Assembly: GCF_963676685.1 (NCBI RefSeq)
Contig: NC_092348.1
Coordinates: 19,654,001-19,718,000, forward strand
Length of the DNA stretch: 64,000 bases
Direction of reading: 5' to 3'
Source of the DNA: Mytilus edulis
Taxonomy: Eukaryota
Under the pieces are notes generated by a model that was given only the letters and a program-made list of their open reading frames with translations, was not told where the DNA came from and did no database searches. Below, one piece after another: positions 36,078-48,900 of this stretch (within the stretch, counting starts at the first letter, position 1; the number at the start of each line of letters is the position of its first letter). The translations under genes were made by a program, and so were the position numbers.

Positions 36078-37220
36078 ATGGCTACGTTGGTAGATATTCC
36101 TGTAGACTTTGAACAAAGTTTAATTGAATTCTCGACATCTTTGTATCAAGGATTGGACAAAACAGAGAGTGTTTGCTTGTCACCATATAGCATTACAGCG
36201 GCGTTGCTGTTGGTGATGATTGGAGCAAATGGACGATCAAAAGAACAAATTTCCTCTGCTCTTTTTCAAAATAGCTTATATTCAGAAGAGCAACAGTTGA
36301 AGTTTTACAAGTCACTTCATAGTCAACTTACTCAAAGAGCGGGTGTCAATGTTAGTTTTGCTAGTGCAAATAGGCTATTTGTTAGCGACCATTTCACAGT
36401 GTTTCAAAAGGTTCAAGAAAATGCAAAACGATATTTTGGAGCCGATATAAGTGTAAAGGACTTTATACAATCTAAAGCATCTGCATACGAGATGAATAGT
36501 TGGGTGTCAGAACAGACAAACGGTAAAATAGAGGATTTAATAAAAGAGGATTGGTTAAACATAAACACTGTAATGTTCATAATTAATGCTGTATATTTTA
36601 AAGCCACCTGGAAGAAGCAATTTCCTCCCAAAAACACACAGAAAGAAAATTTTTACCTTCCTAATAACAAAACGATCGAAGTTGAAATGATGAACAACGA
36701 AATGATTTTTCCATATTTTCGAGGTATGGACTTCTCTGCCGTAGCATTACCCTTCAAGGGAGGTAATTTTGATATGGTCTTCATTTTACCCAATGAAAAA
36801 CACAAGCTTCCAAAAATAGAAGCAAAGATAACCCCAAAGTTCTTTTCGGATATTTCTGCTGGATTTTTTAAAACGTTTTTAAGTATCTCTATTCCAAAAT
36901 TTAAGTTACAAACAGAATTTGATTTAACAAAAGAGTTACCTAAACTTGGAGTAGAAGATATTTTTGACCAGGCTCAAGCTAATTTCTCAAATCTTATTAA
37001 TGAGAAGAGAGGAGGTTTGTACGTCGATGTTGCTGTACATAAAACCGTCTTCAATGTGAACGAAGCAGGCGTAGAGGGAGCTGCAGCCACAGCAATTGGA
37101 TGGCCTTTAAGATCTATACCAAGACTGTTCAAGGCAAATAAACCTTTCTTGTTTTATGTGAGAGATATAAAATCGGGTCTTGTTTTGTTTATTGGACGAT
37201 TCCATCCACAAGTCAATTGA
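36078..37220 (+). CDS. Serpin paralogue 2 (380 aa from the conserved Met), RCL EAGVEGAAATAIGWPLR-SIP
   Basis: Intact ORF with serpin motifs (SPYSI, NAVYFKATW, ALPF, IPKF, FKANKPFLFYVRD..LFIGR). AATAAA at 37305-37310. Confidence 0.95.
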   Translation: MATLVDIPVDFEQSLIEFSTSLYQGLDKTESVCLSPYSITAALLLVMIGANGRSKEQISSALFQNSLYSEEQQLKFYKSLHSQLTQRAGVNVSFASANRLFVSDHFTVFQKVQENAKRYFGADISVKDFIQSKASAYEMNSWVSEQTNGKIEDLIKEDWLNINTVMFIINAVYFKATWKKQFPPKNTQKENFYLPNNKTIEVEMMNNEMIFPYFRGMDFSAVALPFKGGNFDMVFILPNEKHKLPKIEAKITPKFFSDISAGFFKTFLSISIPKFKLQTEFDLTKELPKLGVEDIFDQAQANFSNLINEKRGGLYVDVAVHKTVFNVNEAGVEGAAATAIGWPLRSIPRLFKANKPFLFYVRDIKSGLVLFIGRFHPQVN

Positions 37221-38667
37221 TTTATGACCATTTTTTTCAAAAAGTAGTACAATACTTTTTTTTAAAACAGAGCGAGCAATTGTAGATCTTTATTAATTGT
37301 ATTAAATAAATTGTTCAAATCAAAAGTGTTTTGATATTATTCATTTTAATGGCATTTAGAGATTGTTTCTGACGTTGAACCATGTTTCTGTATTGTTAAG
37401 CTTAATGTATTCTACTAAAAAAATTGAGGTGTAATTGTCTTGAATTAAAAGAGGTTATACATGTCTTAAATAGAACAACTTAGTATGTGACAAAATATAT
37501 GAAATTGATAGTATATCTATAAAACTTTTAATCAAAGTACCAATTGACAGATATTTTTAAGAACACATTTGAATTTCACCTCTGTTGTCTTTAGTTTTTT
37601 ATGTTATGTTATGTAATGTTTTGTTTTCAGTTTTCTATATTAGCCAAATGGAACCAAGAAAAAAATGAAGAAATTGTTTTCTTTTTTGCTAAAAATCCAC
37701 AGAAAACTGTGCAAACCCCTTATATCAAATTTTATAATCAAATACAAAGGGAAAGATTTGAGTTATTGCCGTAATGAGAGGAGAACAACACATGAAAACG
37801 TTAAAAAAAAATGTATTTGTTTTAAGCTATGTCACAGTGATCCAGTGGCAAATATTACTTGCATATCATGTCGAAAGTACCTTATTGTGACATGCATGAA
37901 AATGGATATATAAAAAGCAAATTAGTTGTATAATTAATGTGCAACCTATAAAAGTTATGTATATCCTATAACATAATAACAGTGTTTTGAACAAATTAAG
38001 GTGTAAGGTAAACTGGTTTGCTGAATATCATAAATTGAAACAATCCATTCAAAAAATTGGATTGAGATAGTTAAACAAGAAAATTCTGTCCATAGTATAG
38101 TAAATGTCAAGAGAAATAAGATCACATGGAAAGATCGTTATTTTAAGATAACATTAATTTCTAAAAAAAAAAATGTTATATGACTCTCTAGTAAATAGTA
38201 AAAAAAGAACCGTCAATAGGGATAAACAGGTGGCTGAAAATTCTACCAATGCAAGAAGCAAAAAATGTGAATTCATTATATAACTTTATTTTCAAATATT
38301 TAACTGAAAATGAATTAGAAATATACAGATGAAAACGAATACAGTTTATTGTACCAACCAAAAAGTTTTTATTACAATGGAAAATAACTAATAATAGTTT
38401 GTGTAATTTTTGTAACATAGAAGAAGACTATGCTCATTAATTTTTCAATTGTTCTTATTGACAAGATTTTGGCAACAAATATACGACCTTTTAAAAAAAA
38501 TGTAATTTAGATTTTTCAAAAAAATTAAAACACCTGCTATTTGGATACAAAATTACAAACAACAAGTATTACTCAATAAATTTTTTGATTACAATTAATA
38601 TATAAGTCGTACTATGTACCTGAGAAGAAAACAAAAAAAACATAGACGTCTACAGAATTTTTGTTAA

Positions 38668-39350
38668 AGGGGCACTAGCTACGAGATATATAAAAAATCT
38701 AAAGTTTGATTTTTTTTTCTTCAATCAATAAAGAAAGTGAACTAGTGAAATAACAATTCGCTTTTTGCAGCCAAAAAGGTTCAATTTTGTCAAATTACGC
38801 TAAGAAACATTGATAATTAGTTATTCACTTGCAAGTGAATGAGTTGACCTCTTTAAATCCGTATTTATGTGAACTTCAATTTAACCCCTAGCTAGAGATT
38901 GACAACGCATGCATTGTACGTGTACTGATTATTCAAAGAAAAAGAATGTCAACAATGAAAGTGAAACTACGGTAAATCATTTGATTACTAATTCGATGCA
39001 CATAAAATCATTCTTTTATGGTTAAATGCAATGAGAAACATCTATTTTTAATCTATAAAATCAAATCAAACAGATCTATAAAAATCCAATTGCACGTGTT
39101 GTTTTAATCTATTCATATCTTTATTTATGTTTACATCGCTTATATTGTCATCTGAGGTCAAATCGATAGTTAATAAGATGGCGTGTGGACTAAAATACAC
39201 ACGAAACGAACCTATATATTATCTACCCCATGCTCTGTAAACTGTTTATTTTTGCTTTTGAAAGTTTGGATAAATGTTTTACATTGTTATAAAACAAATA
39301 TGAGAATTTGAGTCAAATCGGTGACCATGAATTTGACAGCTAGTGCCCCT
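38668..39350. mobile_element. Kolobok-like non-autonomous DNA transposon, 683 bp
   Basis: Perfect 13-bp TIR AGGGGCACTAGCT / AGCTAGTGCCCCT with TTAA TSD (38664-38667, 39351-39354). Confidence 0.85.
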
Positions 39351-40982
39351 TTAATGAATACACCAAGAGAGTAGATACCAATATAAATGGACATAGGACA
39401 ATCAGTCTAATGTTACTTACAATTAATAGGAACATAATCAATGCATATTTTTTTTTAGTTATTGTTAATATAGTGTTTTGTAAACATAATGTATGGCAAT
39501 TACTTTAATCATAAAAGACTGTAAAATATAAAATTATGGATGTTTTGTCAACAAATTGGTGCATTTTTTTTGGGGTAGATTTGGCAGAAAGTTGCCAATA
39601 GAGAAATACTAGTCATTGTAATTTACCCTGAAATCCCCTTTTGTTTAGGTTCTGTTTGTCAATAAATATTTTATATGAATATTTTATGATAAAATAGTCC
39701 TTTTTTATTATTAAACCCCAACTATTTTACATGTATTGAGGGTACTTATATCATATTACATATTCCAGAAACTAAAATTTCTATGCTCTTACTAATCTGG
39801 ATGTAATTTTGAGAAATGAGTTATTTCCCCTTTTTGAAAATCTTCGTTTAGGAGATGGCAAAAACATTAGCAGCAATAACTGTCCAACAGACAACTTGAT
39901 TATACTATTTCTGGAGCACTATTCCTTGTTTGACAGCGTTACAACAACCATCATTGCAATATTCAACAGAAAGTGACATAATGAATTATGAATGTTCCTT
40001 GTCAATTTTTGAAACAATTTCCTGACATAATTTTTGACATTTATTACACTGAAATATTGAAAACTTTTAACATCATGTGTATGAAACACAAGGCAAACTC
40101 TAGGCAGAAATTGACTTGATATATTTGGCAACCATCATCTGAAACATATTGAATAGAACGCAGCAAAAGAAAAACCACTTGTGAAGTTCCAGATGTGATC
40201 AATGTACATAACTTTTGAGAAACTGTCAAGGAGCAAGAGAATAGCCATAACATCAGACCGGAAACTTAACATCGACCAGGTTTTGTTCACAAAAATGCTG
40301 GATATGTTTTGCCAGTATGAACACGTAAGATTTTATATATATATATATATGTTATCTTCATCTTCCCCAAATGAAATATTCTGTAAATGCCCTATAGAAC
40401 TATAGGCGGTTTCCCCTGCCTGTCGTGAGGGTACATGTTCAGCACAGAGTGATCAGAATGGATACATTATACAAGGGTCACAGATTGGTACTCTCTGCCT
40501 CTACTTTCGAGTGCACCCCAGTATTTAAAACTGTGGAAAAAGCAAGACAAGAAGTCTTAGATTTAGGACCTGACAATTTTAACAGGGATTTACACCAAAG
40601 TAGAAAGGTAAAGGTACATTTACACCAAGCTTGGCTTGCAATGTATAAACCCATGTGGTAAATGTAGGAACTAACGAGAATGGAGATGTTACACTTTTAA
40701 TACTTGAAGAGCGGTTGGGGAGGCACATTTACACCAAAGCTTACCTTATTGTATAAATCCTTAGGGTAACTGTACAGCCTAGTGAGGCAGAACAAGTTCT
40801 AGTAACACCTTACAAAAATTTCAAAATATATTTCCTCAAATTCAAACTTGGTTAATAATATGGTTTACCGTTGTATCAAATTAATTAAAATTAATCAAAT
40901 TCATTCATAAAATAATCATTAAATGGTCATTAAGAAAATTATTACCTTAATTAATACCTTATAACTAGCAGCTCTGTACCTA

Positions 40983-41450
40983 GTGTCTTTTTGTTGTTGG
41001 GATGTACAAGTTCCCAGGCACGTCCACTTGTATTTTTGTCCATCTAATGAGTTAAGCCTTTTTCAACTGATATTTATAGTTCGTTCTTTTGTTGTACTGT
41101 TATACCACTTTCCCAGGTTAGGGGTAAGAGTAGGATCCCGCTAACATGTTAAACCCCGCCAGATTATGTATGTATGCACCTCTCCCAGGCCAGATGCCTG
41201 TCATTCAGTGGTTGTCGTTTGTTAATGTGTTACAAATTTTTTTTCGTTCCCTTTTTCTAACATTAATAAGGCCGTTAGTTTTCTCGTTTGAATTGTTTTA
41301 CATTGTCATTTCGGGGTCTTTTATAGCTGACTATGCGGTATGGGCTTTCATCAATGGTGAAGGCTGTACGGTGACCTATAGTTGTTAATTTTGGTGTCAT
41401 TTTGGTTTCTTGTGGAGAGTTGTTTCATTAGCTTTTATACTACACCTTTC
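40983..41450 (-). repeat. Copy of the 14990-15500 interspersed repeat
   Basis: Reverse-complement colinearity (TATAGCTGACTATGCGGTATGGGCTTT and flanks). Confidence 0.75.
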
Positions 41451-42094
41451 TTTTTTTATAAATAATATTATTGTTTAAATATTATCATATTGATTAATTT
41501 ACACTTGCTGATTATCTCTCATTATTTCAACTAAATTTATATAATTATGTATCTACAATATAATGGAATGCCAAAGTGCCAACACTGTTCTAATTTTAAT
41601 TACTTGGTCTGTCTCATTGGGCTCTACAGTTATCCGAAGGGTTTATTCTAACAAGTGTTTGATAATCAAATGATGTGAATTTGTAATCATATGATACAAT
41701 ATTGGTTAAACTGCCAAACAAAGATAAAATAATAACTGAAGTGTACAGCAATTTTTTTCCGAAAAAAAGCAAATTATTTGTTTCCCATTTTAACCCAAAA
41801 ATTGGGTTCCTTAATCTTGTTTTCTGTATTTTACTGTTATTTAGAAAATTTCGATCAAAGTCAATGGACATTTGTAACACATGCATTTAACTATTTATTT
41901 TCCAGCTATTTCCAGGAATTGTAGACACAAACTTTTGACTCAACAGCACATTGAACAAGAACAAGATTTTATAGCTGAAAAACGGATTTAGAATATATGT
42001 TAAAGAAAATATTTATTCATGCTTTAATATGAATTATAGTCTTTTAATTTCACCAATGAAAACTTACATATAAAATAAGTAATGTAAACAAAAC

Positions 42095-42674
42095 ATTGAA
42101 TAATTGTATGCGTCCGAAGCGCTTTTCTGAATTTACCTTCATTAGAAACGCTCAAAGCAAGCCAAAAATTTGAAATCCGAGGATGTATAAGTACCAAAAC
42201 AGTCGAAGAGCTGTATAACAAAAATACATAAAACAAATAGACAAATTCATCTGAGGTCAACTCTACCTGAGGGAGTTGAAACCTTAGTTTCTTTGTAATT
42301 TCAAAATTTATTTATAAACAGACATTTTAAGAAATGTTAGTTATAAATCATGTCAGTACCGAAGTTCTGACTACTGAGCTGATGATACCCTCGGGAACTG
42401 ATAGTCCACCAGCAGAGGTATCGACCCAGTAATGTAAAAAAATTGAAAGCAACACGTTTAATAATTGTATGTGTCCGAAGCGATTTTCTGGATTAAACTT
42501 CATCAGTAGCGCTCAAAGCCAAACATTTGAAATCCAAGGCTGTACAAAGAAATAGCCACCTTCATCTAAGTTCAAATTTGCCTGAGGAAGTTGACAAATT
42601 AGTGTCTTTATAATTTAAAAATTTATAAACGGACAATTTAAGAAAGATTTGTTAAAAGTCATGTCAGTACCGAA
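42095..42674 (-). mobile_element. Tandem non-LTR retrozyme-like array, 361-nt period, two type I hammerheads (42110-42153, 42471-42514)
   Basis: Minus strand GAGCGCTA CTGATGA agtttaatcca GAAA ATCGCT TC^GGACAC and GAGCGTTT CTAATGA aggtaaattca GAAA AGCGCT TC^GGACGC. The flanking sequence repeats in tandem. Confidence 0.8.
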
Positions 42675-44844
42675 CAATCTGTTTTCAGAGAAAAAAAAAC
42701 ATTTAGTTTTATGGATTATTCTTTATTGTCAGTATTGATAAGATTACTTACGTAGAACTTTTCATAGCTACACTTTTTTTTTATTCATGGCTCGATGCAT
42801 TAGATTTTGCAATCTGAACTATGGTATGGTCGTTGCTTTTAGTCATCGTTTGCATGATTAATTTATTCAAAAGTTTGTGGGTGTTGTGGTGTATGGAAAT
42901 TCTTTGTCTGTTATACTAGCCTATGTTGTTTTGGGTAGATTCATAACTTCCACCCTTACAGTACTTTCTCAAGTTAGCATTGCTAATGAAAGTAAAATAA
43001 GCAATGAAGAGGAAACATTTGATATTCACACAATAAAAAAGATGCCAGATAAGGCATTTACAACATATTCATCTTTTTGATGTTAAACGTGCTTTCTTAC
43101 AGACTTTTCTACATATTTCAAAAACTGATTTGTCATTTTTTTTAAATAGAAAGGTGCATTGAATTAGCAATATCACGATTTTATCAACAAATAATGTGTA
43201 ATTAAACTCATACATTCTGAACTAAAACATGCATAAAGTGACAGTTTACCATATTTGCCCCACAAAAAAAGCATGTGCACAACTTTAACGGCACACAGTC
43301 GTTTACATAAAAGAGGTACGAAAGATACCAAAGGGACAGTCAAACTCATAAATCGAAAATAAACTGACAACGCCATGGCTAAAAATGAAAAAGACAAACA
43401 GACAAACAATAGTACACATGACACAACATAGAAAACTAAAATATAAACAACACGAACCCCATAGAAAACTAAAATATAAACAACACGAACCCCATTAAAA
43501 ACTAGGGGTGATCTCAGGTGCTCTGGAAGTGCATAATTAGTTGTGCATAAGTTGCACATTGTCACAATTAATAACATTTCTTGTATTATTGTATGTACAA
43601 CGTTTTGATATGATAATTTGATAATATGTATAGAATGCATGTTTGATAAGTGATACATGTGCTTGACATTTGTTTTTATATTATTATGTCTTTAAAACCT
43701 AGTCCACAGATTGGATCCGTATTATTTTCTTCATACATGATGATTTTCAATATCGTACAATCGTCTACTTATCCAATTATGTGTATCTTGTTTTACTTGC
43801 TAGTACAAAAACAACAGTATTGAAACCATAATGTGATCAGAGTTATGTCGCTTTGTCAACTATATGATAATATTAACAAATACGAAAATATGAATTAAAA
43901 AGTAATATATTAAGGGGCCAAATAACATCCTTCATAATACATTAGGTATTCAGATATCAGCATTTCATTTTGGAATTGTGTCCTTTATATTTGCATTAGA
44001 GCTTCAGACTCCTTCTATTTAGCATGTGTAGTCTTACATACATATATATGAACAAATGCCTTACCCCAAAAATAATTTGTTATAACAAAGAGGTGTTAAT
44101 GACTACAAATTTAAAAAAGAAAAGTGACAAAAGATTTTAAATGTTCAAAGCTTGCAAATCTGGTTAAAGATATGAATCAAGTTAACAAACAACAACTTAA
44201 GAATTTGAATGAACTTTAAAAGGAACCGGATTTGTAAAAACATTTTACTGTCAAAAAAGCCTCAATTTGTCAGGGTTTTTTTTGACGTTATAATGATACC
44301 AGACGTGACATTTTTTAACCATATGGTCTATATTATGTATAACGATTCATTTTACCATGACTGTTACAGTTTTGAATGCTTGAATTAATTTTCTACGTAT
44401 GCTTCTGCTATTTAAGATGCAAGAAATCACTTATCATACCTCATCATTTTGTTATGATGGATGTCTCTCTTTCAATAGTCAGTGACAACGACATCAAAAT
44501 CTGGAGCAGAAATACAATGAACTATAATGTAAAAAAGGGATCAGTATCATAATCAATATCATTTTCCAATTGAATACTCAAACATCGAAAAGAAAACAAT
44601 ATCATGTCTGCATACTGTCGAGTGACTACAACAATACAGTGCCTGCGTTAAATTCAATGTAACAACAGATTTTCAAAAACACTTTGTAAAGGAAGTATGT
44701 TGATCTCAATTACCCATTCGAGCCCAAACTTGCATCATTGTAATCAGGGAATTTGCATGTTAACATATCTAAGCATTTCTCTTCACATATAAAGAATGTT
44801 TTCTCTTGGAAGATTCATCTCAAATACTATCTTAAACTGTAGAG

Positions 44845-45999
44845 ATGGCAACGTTAGAAAATATTCCTGTAGACTTTAAACAAAGTTTAATTGAATTCTC
44901 GACATCTTTGTATCAAGGATTGAACAAAACAGGTAGTGTTTGCTTGTCACCATATAGCGTCACAGCGGCAATGCTGTTGGTGATGATTGGAGCAAGTGGA
45001 CGAGCGAAGCAACAAATTTCCTCTGCTATTTTTCAAAATAGCTTATTTTCAGAAGAGCAACAGTTGAAGTTTTACAAATCACTTCATAGTCAACTTACTC
45101 AAAGAGCGGGTGCCCACGTTAGTTTTGCTAGTGCAAATAGGCTGTTCATAAGCGACAAATTCACAGTGTTGCAAACAGTCCAAGAAGTTGCAAAACGATA
45201 TTTTGGAGCCGATATAAGTGTAAAGGACTTTACAAAATCTGAAGCATCTGCAAATGAGATGAACAGTTGGGTGTCAGGACAGACAGACGGTAAAATAAAA
45301 GATTTGATAAAAGAGGAATGGGTAGACCAAAGCACTGTAATGTTTATAATTAACGCTATATACTTTAAAACCACGTGGGAGAAACAATTTTCTTCTAGAA
45401 ACACACGGAAAGAAACATTTTACCTTCCTAACAACAAAAAGATTGAAGTTGAAATGATGACCAACCGAATAGATGTTCATCATTTCCGCGGTGTGGACTA
45501 CTCTGCGATAGCATTACCCTTCAAGGGAGGAAATATTGATATGGTCTTCATTTTACCAAATGAAATACACGGGCTTCCAAATTTGGAAGCAAAGATAACA
45601 CCAAAGTTGCTTTCTGATATTTCTGCTGGATTTACTAGAAGGCATGATCGTACAGATGTACAGGTATCTATTCCCAAATTTAAATTACAAACAGAGCTTT
45701 ATTTGAAACATGAATTACCTAAACTTGGAGTAGAAGATATTTTTGACCAGGCACAAGCTAATTTCTCAAATCTTATTAATGAGAAGAGAGGAGGTTTATA
45801 CGTCAATGTTGCTGTCCATAAAGCTGTCTTCAATGTGGACGAAGCAGGTGTAGAGGGAGCTGCAGCCACAGCAATTTCTGTTTCTATAAGAATTAGCCCA
45901 ATGGTGTTCAGGGCAAATAGACCATTTTTGTTTTATGTGAGAGATATTAAATCGGGTCTTGTTTTGTTTATTGGACGATTCTTTCCACAGGTCAGATAA
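44845..45999 (+). CDS. Serpin paralogue 3 (384 aa), RCL EAGVEGAAATAISVSIR-ISP
   Basis: Intact ORF with serpin motifs; AATAAA at 46104-46109. Confidence 0.95.
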   Translation: MATLENIPVDFKQSLIEFSTSLYQGLNKTGSVCLSPYSVTAAMLLVMIGASGRAKQQISSAIFQNSLFSEEQQLKFYKSLHSQLTQRAGAHVSFASANRLFISDKFTVLQTVQEVAKRYFGADISVKDFTKSEASANEMNSWVSGQTDGKIKDLIKEEWVDQSTVMFIINAIYFKTTWEKQFSSRNTRKETFYLPNNKKIEVEMMTNRIDVHHFRGVDYSAIALPFKGGNIDMVFILPNEIHGLPNLEAKITPKLLSDISAGFTRRHDRTDVQVSIPKFKLQTELYLKHELPKLGVEDIFDQAQANFSNLINEKRGGLYVNVAVHKAVFNVDEAGVEGAAATAISVSIRISPMVFRANRPFLFYVRDIKSGLVLFIGRFFPQVR

Positions 46000-48900
46000 T
46001 TGATACTTATTATTTATAAACAAAAATACCATTATGTTTTACAGAAAAGATAGCATTATAAGTAGTTGTGGATCTTAACTGATGACATTACATACATTTT
46101 TCAAATAAAACGTTTATCAGATGTTGTTTATTGTAATATTTGTGGAAAGTTCCGACAATGAAAAAACAGGTGAGCTGAATGAAGAAAAAAACTCCCTTAT
46201 TGCTGACCTGGCCAAACGTCTAATTGAGCTTTTATCATCACTTTGCGTCCGTCTCACGTCATCCGTTAATTTTACAAAATTCTCCTTCCTGAAACAACAA
46301 GTCCAATTTTACGAAATATGGTCATAATCATTACTTTGGTCTCATTTTCAAGAATGACACCTACCGAAATAGACTATCTTACTAACATGAGCAACACAAC
46401 GAATGCCATATTTGGAGCAGAATCGGCTTACCCGTCAGGATCACCTGAGATCACACTCAGTTTTTGGTGGGGTTCATGTTGCTTAGTTTGTAGTTTTCTA
46501 TGTTGTGCGTTGTTTACTATTGTTGTCTGTTTGTCTTCTTCTTTTGACTTATTAGTTTGAATGTCTTTCTGAAATCCTTCACTCCTCTTTTATGTATATA
46601 AATTACAATGACCTCGAATGTCAACAAAGATGGCCGTCATGGCTAAATGGAACATAGGGTTAAATTGTAAGATTTCTTTATTATCCTGAAAACGACCATA
46701 ATAAGGCTGTCGTTCGAATTGTTTTACATTGTTATTTCAGGGGCCTTTTATAGCTGACTATGAGTTATAGGCTTTGCTGATTGTTGATAGCCATACGGTG
46801 ACCTATAGTTGTTGATTTCTGTGTCATTTTGTTCCTTGTTGAGAGTTGTCTCATGGGCAATCATATCCCATCATTTTACTACAAACATGAACCAACAACA
46901 ACCACTGTACGACAGGATCCTGCCTTAGGACATCCTCATAAAGAAGGTGGTGGGGTTGACATGTTCGTGAGCGATGAATTCTCCCCTAACCTGGAATAGT
47001 GGTGTAGCAATATAACTAAAGAACAAAACATCAGTTGATAAAGGCTTAACTCATCAGATCGATAAAAAAAAAGAAAGAAATAAAACACAAAGTAGAAGTA
47101 GACGGTACTTATAGATCCCAAAAACAGATCTGAAAGTACTCGCAGTTCATTACACTTAGTTCAAAGCCAATAACAACTTATGAACTTCTTTATATAGAAT
47201 TCCATTTCCATTGCGCAACTGGTACTCTTAAATTTAAATCAGTAATGTAAACGTTTTACTTTGATAAAAAGTAGTTTTAAACCTATAATCTATACTAAAA
47301 AGCTGGCATTTGGTTAACATTCCATGATTGAAACTCATTTCTATATAAATTATACAGGACAAAATCGTCAAAAGTAGTATTTTATCCTGATACTTGCATA
47401 TGAAGCCTCGAAAACTGTAACAGGGAAAAACTAGGGAGAGGTGTTTGAGAAAACAGGCCACAGAAAAAGTCTGCTCCTGCTTGCAGGAAACAGATTATGG
47501 TTTAGTTATTTCCTTGCAATATATTATTTGGTACTAACAGTTCTCAAAAACGCAATTTTGAACACAAACTTGCTAATTCTTTACCAAACAAATAAATAGG
47601 TGAAAACATTCCACTGCTGCCTGCGAAAAAGCTGAATACACACTCATAGGATTTTAGCTAACCATCGACAAAAAAAATCAAAAACCAAAATTAGAACTTT
47701 TCAAAGACAAGTGTTGGGTAATTGGAATCAATTTGCTGACAAATAGACCAAAAACCAGTAAAGTTTACAGATAAAAAAATAAAAAAAATATCAGAACAAA
47801 ATTCACTCTTTTAAATACAGAACTTTGAATGCATAGTCCACGAGAATAGGGTACGTTTTGATGTTGTTTGTTTTTTTTTTTTTATAAAGTTAAAGAATAA
47901 AGACATTTTTCTAACTAACCACAATTTTATTTCAACACACTTATAGGTTGATGAACCAAAATACACAGTTTTAATATTTTTGTCTTTGGTTGTTTGAGTG
48001 GTAAATAGGTTGTAATAAGCCTGGTACTAACTATTGTACGTGATCAATTGTATATTTATGAGATCTAGCTACGATCAGCTTTTGTAGAGATAGGCGAAAG
48101 ATATCAAGGGAACATTTAATCTTTAAGTAAAAAAATAAACTGTCTACAACATGACTTAAAAAGCAATAGACAAACAATTGTATAAAAAACACAACATAAA
48201 AATCTGAATACTGCGCAACACGAATTCTGCCAAAAACTGGGGTTGATCTCAGGTGCTCAGAAAATGTATGGAGATCCTGCTCAAAATGTGACTTCCGCGA
48301 AGACATTCTAGATTTGATTTTTTTAACTGTAAACAAGTACCAATGTGCAGTCTAGACTGTTACCTCTTACTATGTTAACGTTAATTTTTTATGAACTTCC
48401 AGTCGATAAATAATACTCGACATCAGTCACCAATCCAACAGGATGAATTATGAAGGAACTTGCATCATTGTATCATGCGGTAAAGTTGAATAATATTATA
48501 TAAAAAGCTTTATTCAACTTTTATACGACTTCATTGTATTTTTGGTAATATTTCATTAGAATAAAATAACGCATCAATACTAGGTGTATGATTTTAATTG
48601 ATAGATTTTGTTTTAAAACTGTATTAAGATTAAATTAAATGGCAAGTGCAATCAAAATTTCGCAGAGTTAAACATTTTCAAGACTTTCAAGATTAGTCTA
48701 AGAATCAATTAGGTATTTTTCATATCTATTGTAATCATGTACATGATGTAATTTATAGACTCACATTGTAGGGTAACAGCATTGACGACTACAAGCCTAA
48801 TATACCTAAGTGAATATGTAGAAGAGGGCCGAAAGATACTAGAGGGACAGTCAAAAGTAAAATCACAAAAATACTAAACTCAGAGGAAAATCTAATCGGA

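Noticed and set aside
39850-40800. Coding-like stretch (ORF 40425-40661 and neighbours)
   Set aside because: No recognisable domain and many stops; probably an unidentifiable TE remnant.
43173-43658. 161-aa hydrophobic ORF
   Set aside because: Lies over a high-copy repeat with an internal 30-bp duplication; not a gene.
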